From NCBI GenBank assembly GCA_013823725.1, contig PNMQ01000001.1, forward strand, positions 18,437 to 82,436: a DNA stretch of 64,000 bases, given 5' to 3'. The notes under the pieces are model-generated. The model searched no databases. It saw nothing but the letters and a program-made list of their open reading frames with translations, and was not told the origin of the DNA. Position 1 is the stretch's first letter. Every line of letters starts with the position of its first letter. The DNA comes from Candidatus Pelagibacter sp. Its GTDB lineage: Bacteria > Pseudomonadota > Alphaproteobacteria > Paracaedibacterales > CAIOTO01. A program made the position numbers and the translations under genes. Positions 55,678-64,000 of the stretch are shown here, piece after piece.

Positions 55678-55798
55678 TGCTATTCTCCATTTTAAATCTA
55701 ATAGACAATGATTTCATATTCATCAACATAAGTCAATCTTAAACTTCATAAGAAATAGCTAAAGTTATTGAAATCTAAATCTTTATGCATTTTCAAGA

Positions 55799-57874
55799 TT
55801 AAAAATCCCAAGGTCTATTTTTTTTAAATTCATTTGAAAATTGAATATCTCCATTGGAAAAAATAAAAGCACTGCCCTTAGATTTAAGATCTTCTGCATC
55901 AACAATCAACATATGGTTCCGTTTGAACTTTGTTTTTTTTGAAGTCTTCAATTTCTTTTTGACATATCCATTACTAATTAGGGGTAGATATTGGTTGGAA
56001 TTCTCTAATAAATTTGGATACCTATCTAAAACTTCTTGCTGTTTCCGGTACGTTGGAAGAATTAAAATATGAAAATATTTCCATTTCCACAAGGGTGTGG
56101 TGATCTCTCTTTTTAATTTTAAAGGGATCCCTAAATTTTGAATCCATTGTTGTGTTGTAAATTCTGAACGTTTTGAATGTGTGGTGTAAAAATAGGGGTG
56201 TTCATAAAATCCCATGCTGGCGCGATCTTGTGAAATATAGCCTATGGGTAAAGTATGAAAGTAATGCATTGCACCAGAACTTAAAATAAGTAAACAACCG
56301 ATAAGGCGCATGTTTCTGTGTGGCCCAATGCATAAAATACATAACCCTATAAAATAAAGAGGCAGGAAACACATATGTGGAGATGCAATGTTAATTTCAG
56401 ATCCTGGCAATTGGCTAACCCATGACGCTGCATGATTCATATATTGAATGCCGTAGTCGCAAAACTTAAAAATAAAATCACTTCCCCCCCATAATAATGA
56501 AAGCATGCATAGCAATATGGACGGCATAATCCAAAAAGAAAGAAGGGGTAAGACCAATATATTTCCCGTAATTGAATGCAAAGTGAATTGGTTAAAAACC
56601 GCCATGCTGATAGGTGTTGTGGACATTGTTGCAATAATAGATGATAAAACAATACTCATGATAAAGGCGTATATTTTCCCAACTATTCCTCTTTTATCAA
56701 TCAGTTGATAAAACCAAGATATAAGACGTGACGAACCTTTTTCATAAGCTGAAACAAGGGCAATTACTGCGGCAAAAGACAATTGAAAACTGACACTAAA
56801 AAGTGCGCTTGGGAAAAATAAAAAAATAAAAATCGCTGCAAAAGTTAGGGACCTTAAGGAAATAGGATTTCGTGATACAACAATCCCAATCATTAAAATA
56901 AGTGTCATACAAAAAGAACGTAAGGCTGGGATCCCCATCCCAGAAATCATCAAATATAAAAATGTAAAACCTATAGACGAAATAGCTGCAACTTTTTTAA
57001 GAGGAAAAGTATAAGGTAATGCATAAAACAAATGCAAAATACCGATCCCACGTTTAACGACAAAAAAAATAAGAGATGCAATAAGACCCATGTGTAATCC
57101 AGAAATGGCCAGGACGTGGGCTAGGCCAGATTTCACATAATCTTCTCTGATAGAAGACTCAATTTTAGATTTCTCACCTGTGATCAAAGCCATAGCAATG
57201 GGGGCAGTGGCAAAAGATAATTTTTTTTGCAATGTATGATTTAAAGAAGATCTTATGCGTTGAAAAGTAGAATAAGATTTCAAAATAGTACAGTTTTTCA
57301 TGCTACCCAATGCTTCTATGCCTTGGAAAAAAAGGTCTCTTTTGAAATTATGGCTCCATGGACTTGCTGGTTCACCAATAGGTGTTAATGATGCCAAGCA
57401 TTCAATGATATCACCTGGTTGTAAATCTTGCCGTTTTGAAAATTTAAGTCTAACTTTTTTTATTTTTTTGACTTGTTCAGGGGATTGTATCCATTGATGA
57501 ATTTTTAAAGTATACCTAGGTATTTTCTGACTTGTAAAATCGCTATGGATAACCTCAGCGTTGAAAGTAACATTTTTCTCAAAAGTTTTGATTAAATTTG
57601 GATTAGAAAAATAAGTTTCCCAATAAATGCGTGTAAATCCAAAAGAGAAAAACAAAATACAAATTGATGGAATGAAAAAATTTATGTTTTGACGATAGTA
57701 AAAAATAAAAATAGATAATGTAAAAGTAAATAGTGTTGCACAGCACATAATATAAAACGTCGGTTCATTTTCAAGTCCCAGATAACATAAAATACCTAAC
57801 CCCATAAGAACAGCAAGATAGGGGAAATAGCGATGACTAGAAAAATTTTCCAATGTTTGGTTGCTGAGTTTCAA
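55799..57874 (-). CDS. comEC: ComEC/Rec2-family DNA internalisation channel protein
   Basis: Polytopic membrane protein with the competence-domain motif GLAHVLAISGLHMGL. 691 aa, with no C-terminal beta-lactamase domain evident. Confidence 0.85.
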   Translation of the reverse strand: MKLSNQTLENFSSHRYFPYLAVLMGLGILCYLGLENEPTFYIMCCATLFTFTLSIFIFYYRQNINFFIPSICILFFSFGFTRIYWETYFSNPNLIKTFEKNVTFNAEVIHSDFTSQKIPRYTLKIHQWIQSPEQVKKIKKVRLKFSKRQDLQPGDIIECLASLTPIGEPASPWSHNFKRDLFFQGIEALGSMKNCTILKSYSTFQRIRSSLNHTLQKKLSFATAPIAMALITGEKSKIESSIREDYVKSGLAHVLAISGLHMGLIASLIFFVVKRGIGILHLFYALPYTFPLKKVAAISSIGFTFLYLMISGMGIPALRSFCMTLILMIGIVVSRNPISLRSLTFAAIFIFLFFPSALFSVSFQLSFAAVIALVSAYEKGSSRLISWFYQLIDKRGIVGKIYAFIMSIVLSSIIATMSTTPISMAVFNQFTLHSITGNILVLPLLSFWIMPSILLCMLSLLWGGSDFIFKFCDYGIQYMNHAASWVSQLPGSEINIASPHMCFLPLYFIGLCILCIGPHRNMRLIGCLLILSSGAMHYFHTLPIGYISQDRASMGFYEHPYFYTTHSKRSEFTTQQWIQNLGIPLKLKREITTPLWKWKYFHILILPTYRKQQEVLDRYPNLLENSNQYLPLISNGYVKKKLKTSKKTKFKRNHMLIVDAEDLKSKGSAFIFSNGDIQFSNEFKKNRPWDF

Positions 57875-57928
57875 AAATAAAATATATAAAGTTGTTTTGA
57901 TGACAGAGTATCTTGATTATCTGAATTT

Positions 57929-58435
57929 TTAGTTAAAAGATTTTTCTGCTTTTTTGATAGGTGGAAAACTAGTATCACTGCAAGTAGACAGAGGAGATAC
58001 ATAAAGACTATTATTGAATGCCGTAAGGGGAGAAGATAAATCCTCTATACATAATGGCTTAATAAGTGACAGACGGGGATATTTTTCTGCCAGTAAATCA
58101 TCAGGATTGATGATCGACAGTTTTTTGATTGCTTCATTACAAAAGAGTATCTGATTGGAAAGTGTTGATTTTTGATGATTGTCCAATGGTTGAAATGATT
58201 CATTACCCATTAACATGTGGTCTGTTTCATAACGAAATTTTGGTAATACGGTATCGCTTGTATTTTCTTCACTAACAAGATTAGAAAAAGGCGTTGATGT
58301 TTGAAAAATCTCTAATTCTTCCTCTGAATAAAAATCAGAGAATTGTTCGGGGGAAACAGAGGCTGATGAACAAGATAGAATTGACGAACCAAAAACAAAA
58401 AGTGTATAAAACAAACGACTCGTTAAATTGTTCAT
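57929..58435 (-). CDS. Hypothetical secreted protein
   Basis: The ORF track starts at the TTG at 58477. The ATG at 58435 gives MNNLTSRLFYTLFVFGSSILSCSSASV (signal or lipobox-like). No family recognised. Confidence 0.4.
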   Translation of the reverse strand: MNNLTSRLFYTLFVFGSSILSCSSASVSPEQFSDFYSEEELEIFQTSTPFSNLVSEENTSDTVLPKFRYETDHMLMGNESFQPLDNHQKSTLSNQILFCNEAIKKLSIINPDDLLAEKYPRLSLIKPLCIEDLSSPLTAFNNSLYVSPLSTCSDTSFPPIKKAEKSFN

Positions 58436-58613
58436 AAAAAATCCTACACAATAAATGGTGTGATTCGGAAAAGTCAACGGGACTCTGAATCACTAATTCT
58501 AAACGACGATTTTGATACAGATGTTGAACAACTTCCTTTTTCTTACTTGCCCTGCTCTGTTTAAAGCTATATGCAAGAAGAAAAAGGATGCAGTTTTGAT
58601 CCCATCAATCTTG

Positions 58614-58847
58614 TTAATGTGGAGGCATAGGCATAGGCATAGGCATAGGTAGTGGTGCACTGCTTGGGCCTTCACATTTTTTTGTAGATGGGTTGCATGT
58701 TAATGTTTGTGGAGCTCCTATCCCGTTCGGATTTTGAGGTGGTTTGCACTGTTCGTTTGTTGTGCACGGATCGCCTTCCTTTGGTGCAGCAATACCAAAG
58801 TTGGTAATGCTTAATAATAGCAAAGCTGGAAGTGTTATTTTAAACAT
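58614..58847 (-). CDS. Small secreted Cys/Pro-rich protein with a C-terminal (Pro-Met)n repeat
   Basis: Signal peptide MFKITLPALLLLSITNFGIAAP. The mature part has 4 Cys. C-terminus LPMPMPMPMPPH. Confidence 0.45.
   Translation of the reverse strand: MFKITLPALLLLSITNFGIAAPKEGDPCTTNEQCKPPQNPNGIGAPQTLTCNPSTKKCEGPSSAPLPMPMPMPMPPH
58624..58647. repeat. Hexanucleotide tandem repeat (ggcata)x4, in frame, encoding (Pro-Met)4
   Basis: Four perfect consecutive ggcata units on the plus strand, inside the 3' end of the 58614..58847 gene. Confidence 0.95.
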
Positions 58848-58948
58848 AATATATCCTTATTTTTTAAATTAAAGATCACTAATTTACATTAAGTGTTCTT
58901 TTTTATAATATTTTAAAATTATTAATAAATATTTAAATGAATAATAAT

Positions 58949-59566
58949 TTAATATCTTCTGGAACTACCTTTATAGCAAATGCCTTGTATAATTTTACGC
59001 ATTTCAATCCTAATAGGTTCGCGAAAAACGGTTGAACTTAAATCAGTGTCTGGTTCGATATCTAATATTACGACAGCGTCTTGATGAGACACGTTTTGCC
59101 TTCCCATAATAATAGGGGTACTAAAAATAGTTGAATTTAAATCGGTGTCTGCGTCTGGTTCGACATTAAACATGACTATAGTTGTTCGATTGATATGAAC
59201 AGGATCATAATCATTTGATTCTTCTGAATCCTGTGATACCAGTGAAACGGGAAAATTAGATTGATGAGAAGGTGATTCTAGATCTAATAGGTCATGTTTT
59301 ATCGAAGGTCTTTCTGATGAAGAATGCTGAGATAATGTAAGTTCTGATACATCTGATACATTGGAATCGTCATCTCCATCATATTCTGTGTTCTCATGTA
59401 CAGAGGGCTTCGAAAGTGGGGCAAGACGTCCAGTGGATAACAGTGGTTCTATTATAATCGATGAAAGAAGCGGGTTCATTGTCTCGTGATCAATATTACC
59501 AGAATAGGAAAACGATGTTAAAAGGGGTATAAGACTGAGGTATTTTTTTATTGTATAATTTTTCAT
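58949..59566 (-). CDS. Hypothetical secreted protein with an internal duplicated motif
   Basis: Signal-like KKYLSLIPLLTSFSYSG. Internal repeat VEPDADTDLNSTIFSTPI / IEPDTDLSSTVFREPI. Confidence 0.4.
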   Translation of the reverse strand: MKNYTIKKYLSLIPLLTSFSYSGNIDHETMNPLLSSIIIEPLLSTGRLAPLSKPSVHENTEYDGDDDSNVSDVSELTLSQHSSSERPSIKHDLLDLESPSHQSNFPVSLVSQDSEESNDYDPVHINRTTIVMFNVEPDADTDLNSTIFSTPIIMGRQNVSHQDAVVILDIEPDTDLSSTVFREPIRIEMRKIIQGICYKGSSRRY

Positions 59567-59599
59567 AAATGCTCCTATAAATGTATATGTATTAATTTT

Positions 59600-60034
59600 T
59601 TAGCTGATAAGGCAAAACTCACAACAATCATAATTGTTAGTTTGATTTGATTTTTTATCTGATGAAGAAAAAGGATAGATCATACGGTCTTCACTGTTTT
59701 GGTGTGATGACAACGAAATAGAACTTAACCGTTCTAGTGGTTCTAGATGTGTTGATGGTGTAATATTTTTTGGATTGCGAAGATGGCTAATTTTTTGAAC
59801 AGCATCTTCTTCTGATTCAGTACGTGCATCTTCGTCTTTTATTTTTTTGGTCTGTGTAGATGTTATGCCTGTATCAAGAAGGTCTTCAAAAGAAATATAT
59901 TGTGTAGAAAGATTTGAAATAGACCATTTTTCTTGCTTTATGGAACTATCATCACAAGACGATGCTGTAGCAAATTGGCCGACTAAATTGAAAAACAACA
60001 AACTATAAATGGAAATCAAAAGCATGTTTCTCAA
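59600..60034 (-). CDS. Hypothetical secreted protein
   Basis: Signal peptide MRNMLLISIYSLLFFNLVGQFATASS. No family recognised. Confidence 0.4.
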   Translation of the reverse strand: MRNMLLISIYSLLFFNLVGQFATASSCDDSSIKQEKWSISNLSTQYISFEDLLDTGITSTQTKKIKDEDARTESEEDAVQKISHLRNPKNITPSTHLEPLERLSSISLSSHQNSEDRMIYPFSSSDKKSNQTNNYDCCEFCLIS

Positions 60035-60054
60035 TAATCTTTATGACTTTAATC

Positions 60055-60597
60055 TTAATGATAAAAATAAAATGATTGCAATGTCAAAAAACAGCACATG
60101 TTGTTAAATCTGTTTTTTTCGATGTCCAGATAAGTAATTTGTTCCTGTAAATTCTGAAGCTCTTTTTTAAATTGTGAATTTTTAGTGTGAATAGATTGTA
60201 AAGCTTTTAAAATTTCATTTTTTCTGATCTCTAAAGAGTTTTTGGAAAAAGATTTATTTTGAACATCTTGTTTCAAATCAATAATGCTATTACGAATATG
60301 AACTATTCTAATTTGTGTGAAATCTAATGGGGGGATTCTTCGTTTGTTGCTTTGGGGGATGCGTTGAAAATAAAATTGTGATTCTGTGCTGCTTTTTATT
60401 GTTGGATAACTCTCCAATGTTTGATTTGTTATCGAATCTTGTTCAGCAACAAAAATTTTTCTTGAATCAAAATAATCATTTCTTTTCAAAACAGGTTTTT
60501 GGAATACTTCCATTGTAGTAGACATTTTATCTGCTGATTCTGATTTTGCCATCATCAAAATGAAGATGAAAAAATGGATTATAGATTTTTGTCTCAT
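60055..60597 (-). CDS. Hypothetical secreted protein with a coiled-coil-like C-terminus
   Basis: Signal-like SIIHFFIFILMMAKSESA. C-terminal LKALQSIHTKNSQFKKELQNLQEQITYLDIEKN. Confidence 0.4.
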   Translation of the reverse strand: MRQKSIIHFFIFILMMAKSESADKMSTTMEVFQKPVLKRNDYFDSRKIFVAEQDSITNQTLESYPTIKSSTESQFYFQRIPQSNKRRIPPLDFTQIRIVHIRNSIIDLKQDVQNKSFSKNSLEIRKNEILKALQSIHTKNSQFKKELQNLQEQITYLDIEKNRFNNMCCFLTLQSFYFYH

Positions 60598-60705
60598 ATT
60601 TTTGTTTTAAAAAAGTTTGTCAAATTCAACATAGGATAAATCAGTATATAATCTGTTAATTTAAAAGTGTAACCAAAATACAGTTTTTAAGAATATAATG
60701 ACAGG

Positions 60706-61242
60706 TTAGTATCTATCTTTTCCCAATAAAACAGCAACCGTTGAATCTTTTTCTTTGCTTCCTCTGCTCGACCCAAATTCAAAGGCATAGGCGTCTTTAA
60801 GGCATGACCCAAAGATGCCAGCAATTGTTGATAAAATACCAACGGTTTCACCCGGTAAATTATGAGCAAAATAGGTAAGTGTAAATAGACAAGAAATAAG
60901 ACCCAACGCTGCAGATACAACCATAATGTCGCCTCTGTAATTTCGATGGCCCAATTTAATAAAATGAGCATCTCGTTCTCTGGCATCTTTGCGATCTTCT
61001 AAATAGGCTAATTCGCATTCCTTTTCGATTTCAAGTATAGAGTGTTGAAAATCCATCAGCATTTGCGGATTTTCTCTAAAGATTTGACTGATTGATGACA
61101 GATCATCTGTCTGCGTTATTTTTTTTGCACGATTTAAAATTTCTTGGGCGGAATCTGCTTTTTTATCTCCTGAAATAAGTCGAATGATGGAAGGCGCAAA
61201 TTCAGCTAACGATAAAGCCGCTGCGATAAAAGGTAATGTCAT
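60706..61242 (-). CDS. Holin-like membrane protein (resembles 3-TM phage/GTA holins)
   Basis: The start overlaps the stop of the SleB-type hydrolase (ATGA). Hydrophobic N-terminus LPFIAAALSLAEFAPSIIRLI, a charged helix ending EDRKDARERD, then two TM segments (IMVVSAALGLISCLFTLTYF, VGILSTIAGIFGSCL). Confidence 0.35.
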   Translation of the reverse strand: MTLPFIAAALSLAEFAPSIIRLISGDKKADSAQEILNRAKKITQTDDLSSISQIFRENPQMLMDFQHSILEIEKECELAYLEDRKDARERDAHFIKLGHRNYRGDIMVVSAALGLISCLFTLTYFAHNLPGETVGILSTIAGIFGSCLKDAYAFEFGSSRGSKEKDSTVAVLLGKDRY

Positions 61243-61748
61243 AACATCCCCCTGATTTCAGAAATATTATAAAAAACGTGTTGTCCAATAACATTCGTAA
61301 TGCATTCTGGTTTGGCCCATCTGGGGTGAGGCGTTAACCACACAGCATGATAATGATCTGCTCCTTTTGTGATGTCATCCCATTTTTGATTCACAACACC
61401 TTCAGCAACATAAAGACATAATTGAAAAAAATCAGAATCAATTTTAAGATTTTCAACTTTTCTTCGATTAGGATCGTTGGCATTCCAGCATGAAAATTGA
61501 AAAGGCTTTACACAAACTTCAGATAAAGTTTTTCCAAACCATGTTTGTTTTTTAAAACGATTATAAATAATATTTCCAACAGCGACTAGGCCTTGAATAT
61601 GGATAAATAATGCATTTTCATCTTTTAATTTTTTTAAAAAATGAATGTTTTTTGTAATTTCTCCTCGAGCTTCTCCATAGATGGTTTTGGCCATCATATG
61701 AATATCATCTATGGTGCAAGAAGGTAGAATTTTATGCACAGTTTTCAT
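61239..61748 (-). CDS. Cell-wall hydrolase, SleB / Hydrolase_2 family (endolysin-like)
   Basis: AKTIYGEARGE, VAVGNIIYNR, QFSCWN and GADHYHA are the typical SleB-family blocks. No signal peptide. Confidence 0.75.
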   Translation of the reverse strand: MKTVHKILPSCTIDDIHMMAKTIYGEARGEITKNIHFLKKLKDENALFIHIQGLVAVGNIIYNRFKKQTWFGKTLSEVCVKPFQFSCWNANDPNRRKVENLKIDSDFFQLCLYVAEGVVNQKWDDITKGADHYHAVWLTPHPRWAKPECITNVIGQHVFYNISEIRGML

Positions 61749-61758
61749 GTTTTATTCC

Positions 61759-62520
61759 TCAATTTTTTAATGTGAAATGAAGGTGAATTTCATAAGTATC
61801 TGGATTATAGAAATCAATTTTTTGGCTGAGATATGTATGTTCACCAAACGTCGTTTTGACGCGTGTATGAAACCCTCCATGTTCGATGTAGTGCTGTAAT
61901 GAAGAAGATTCATTTCCCCATTGAAAAAGTTCAGGATGATCATTCCCAACAGTTTGATAATGTGATGAATCAATTTTTTTAAAAAATTCGATTAAGGTTA
62001 CACCAGGTTTGCAAGTTAAAGAAAAATAGGCAGGAGATATTTGTGCCAAGGTGTAATGATCTTTATAAACACCTCCCCATGCAAAAATTGGTTTTAGACG
62101 AGACCCCGTTTCTTTGAATATATTTTGATTTTCTGGTTTTGTTATAGAAATAGAATGGGTTTGATATGCGAAAGAAATGGAATTTTTCAAAGATTCAATT
62201 CCACAATCCTGATCTAGGCTTTGAATATCTGGTATCCATTCAATATGGGTTAAAAGTTTCGATCCATAAATTGAAACACATTGATTACTTGAATATCCTT
62301 CCTGAATGTAGGTTCCTTGAATAGGCGGTGGATTAATAAATTTAAATTTCAAATGACCTTTCATTTTTATGGAAGAAGGAGTTTGAACACAGATAGGTTC
62401 AAAATAGTCTAATGAATGATGAGACTGTGCTCCAATATTCCATTCAATTGGCTTTAGAAAGGGGGATAATGATGCTTTTTTTTGAGCAAAAGGGGACGAT
62501 TGAAAAACAATAGTTTTCAT
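61759..62520 (-). CDS. Hypothetical protein (possible phage structural protein, by context only)
   Basis: 253-aa ORF, co-directional with and 10 nt upstream of the hydrolase gene. No family recognised. Confidence 0.4.
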   Translation of the reverse strand: MKTIVFQSSPFAQKKASLSPFLKPIEWNIGAQSHHSLDYFEPICVQTPSSIKMKGHLKFKFINPPPIQGTYIQEGYSSNQCVSIYGSKLLTHIEWIPDIQSLDQDCGIESLKNSISFAYQTHSISITKPENQNIFKETGSRLKPIFAWGGVYKDHYTLAQISPAYFSLTCKPGVTLIEFFKKIDSSHYQTVGNDHPELFQWGNESSSLQHYIEHGGFHTRVKTTFGEHTYLSQKIDFYNPDTYEIHLHFTLKN

Positions 62521-62556
62521 GATGTGCTCCTGATAAAAATGATGAAAACAAAATTG

Positions 62557-64000
62557 TTAAATAATGATAGGATTGATATGTTTAAAATTTAAAAATGCAT
62601 TCTTGATATCATCAATGGGTTTTAGTTTGACATGAAGTTGTGTTGGTTTTTGTTTTAAAACTGTGCACATTTCCTTCAATTTGAGTGTGTTTGATGCTAC
62701 CATTTGCGCAAGAAAATCTTCTTGTTCAAAAGCATCTCCAGAAACAGAAAGTGACTCTATAAAATAGTGTGGATTAAGATCTGTAATGTGAATTAGATCA
62801 GATTCTTCTGTTCCATTTTCGCTAGCCCATTCCCATAGGGGTGGTTTTTTTTCTTCAACATTTTGGTCTGTACCTACGCAGCCCAATTTGATCCATACAT
62901 ACGCACATTCAAATTCATAACACATTTTATATTCAATAATTTTTCCTGTAATATATCCCTTTTTGAAAGATGGATGTTTAAGGGTAAGGCTCATATCAAG
63001 GTGAATATTTATGCCTTGTTCCCATAAACATGTAAAGGTAACATCTATATTTCTTTGTGCTGTTTTTAAATGATTACTTGCTACTTTAAAAGCATAATCA
63101 AGAAGTTTTTTCCCTTTTTCATTTTTAAATAAAGTCGAATCACTAGCGTCGTTTAGATAATGTTGCGGATTCTGTAATCTAAAAATCAGTTTTTTGTTTA
63201 TGGGTATCAGAGGAGAGTCTTTCAAATTTTCAAAACTTTGAACGTGAAAGGTCATGTGTTCATGAATTTTTTGCTCTATTGTCCACTGGAGTCGAATGAT
63301 TGGTTTAAACCATTGATATGAAAAACGAAGTTTTTCAATTTGATCACCTTTTTTAATATCAAAATCTCGGGTCATCTTCCGTAGATGGAGTGATAGATTA
63401 TCCATTTTTTGTAGTTCAGATTTTACAATACTATACCCTGATGATGGCGTTGAACGATTATGAGAGGATGTGATTTTGCAATCAACTTTAGGCCACTTTT
63501 TAATCAACGCCTGAGGTGTTAAAGTGCTTATAAATGTGCTGGAAGTTGATTGACTTATAAAGTGTGAAAGATTCAAAAAACCATTCAATTTTCTTGTCCA
63601 TTGTGCCTCAACACAGCATTCAATTTTTTGAAAAGAATAGGGGTTATGCTTTACCTTTAAACTATTTTCAAAAATGCTGTCTTCATCAAGTGTCAAAAAT
63701 TCTGTGCCTTGAAAAATACACGATGTTTGAATATTTTGTCCATATCTGTCCCAATGAAGGACACGTGCTTGTGTTTCTAAAATATGGCTCAAAGAAGCAG
63801 TGTCTGTAAATTCTTCAATACATGAAAAATCTTTGGAAAGTTGATTTTTAAGATCTTCAAGTATTTGGTAATGTTCAGCAGGTTGACTGATCAAAATATA
63901 CTCTACTATTCCTTCATTTTGAAGTTGCAGTTGTTTTGATAGAGTACCTTGGAAAATAAGTTTTTCAACTTCTTCTTTTTCATAAATAATATGAACAAAC
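62557..64000 (-). CDS. Hypothetical protein, 5'-truncated by the window edge (possible phage structural protein, by context only)
   Basis: The ORF track starts at the TTG at 63894. The same frame stays open to position 64000 (...FVHIIYEKEEVEKLIFQGTLSKQLQLQNEGIVEYILISQPAEHY...), so the gene probably begins outside the window. No family recognised. Confidence 0.45.
   Translation of the reverse strand, partial: FVHIIYEKEEVEKLIFQGTLSKQLQLQNEGIVEYILISQPAEHYQILEDLKNQLSKDFSCIEEFTDTASLSHILETQARVLHWDRYGQNIQTSCIFQGTEFLTLDEDSIFENSLKVKHNPYSFQKIECCVEAQWTRKLNGFLNLSHFISQSTSSTFISTLTPQALIKKWPKVDCKITSSHNRSTPSSGYSIVKSELQKMDNLSLHLRKMTRDFDIKKGDQIEKLRFSYQWFKPIIRLQWTIEQKIHEHMTFHVQSFENLKDSPLIPINKKLIFRLQNPQHYLNDASDSTLFKNEKGKKLLDYAFKVASNHLKTAQRNIDVTFTCLWEQGINIHLDMSLTLKHPSFKKGYITGKIIEYKMCYEFECAYVWIKLGCVGTDQNVEEKKPPLWEWASENGTEESDLIHITDLNPHYFIESLSVSGDAFEQEDFLAQMVASNTLKLKEMCTVLKQKPTQLHVKLKPIDDIKNAFLNFKHINPIII

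Noticed and set aside
60687-60986. 99-aa ORF overlapping the holin-like gene in another frame
   Set aside because: The 178-aa frame is translationally coupled (ATGA) to the hydrolase gene and has a coherent TM topology, so the overlapping frame is most likely spurious.
61759-64000. Whether the 253-aa and 480-aa-or-longer proteins are the missing TssG and TssF (or VgrG)
   Set aside because: The sizes are roughly compatible, but I found none of the characteristic TssF/TssG/VgrG sequence blocks. The genes are operonic with an endolysin-holin-like pair, which fits a phage-derived module better. Left as unknown.
1-64000. Scan for CRISPR arrays, rRNA genes, IS elements/transposases, integrases, restriction-modification or toxin-antitoxin pairs
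   Set aside because: I found no regularly spaced direct repeats, no rRNA-like conserved blocks, and no ORF with transposase, integrase, methylase or toxin motifs. The only repeats noted are the 30-bp hairpin pair, the hexanucleotide SSR and the LdcA paralog duplication.

Overview
This is a visibly AT-rich bacterial chromosome segment. By inference it comes from a host-associated or intracellular alphaproteobacterium: it carries a ChpT-type histidine phosphotransferase, has compact housekeeping gene content, and encodes many orphan proteins with signal peptides. No taxon can be assigned without a search.

Clear housekeeping genes are miaA, lpdA, thrS, aroC, rlmN, murJ, ispB, rnj, rlmB, trxA, rpmB, comF, comEC and one tRNA-Pro(GGG).

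Interleaved with these are:
1. A flagellar hook module, fliK-flgD-flgE, behind a sigma54-type -24/-12 promoter, plus motA-motB. MotB carries a large low-complexity insert.
2. A cheA-cheW pair in which CheA is greatly enlarged.
3. A type VI secretion system split into two distant modules: tssK-tssL-tssM at 14.9-21.7 kb, and tssB-tssC with a divergent Hcp-like gene and a very short TssE-like gene at 37.7-40.8 kb. No tssJ, tssA, tssF, tssG, clpV, vgrG or PAAR is recognisable beside either module.
4. Two tandem lipoprotein S66 LD-carboxypeptidase paralogs directly upstream of tssB.
5. A signal-peptide-bearing Ulp1/SENP-like (CE-clan) cysteine protease candidate.
6. A GT6 (ABO-type) and GT11 (alpha-1,2-fucosyltransferase) pair at the left edge. 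Both have N-terminal hydrophobic anchors.
7. Several runs of orphan secreted or coiled-coil proteins.
8. A phage-like lysis cassette (SleB-type hydrolase plus holin-like protein) at the right edge, preceded by two unknown genes. One of these runs off the window.

I saw no CRISPR array, transposase or rRNA. All functional calls rest on motif recognition by eye and should be confirmed with HMM and structure searches.
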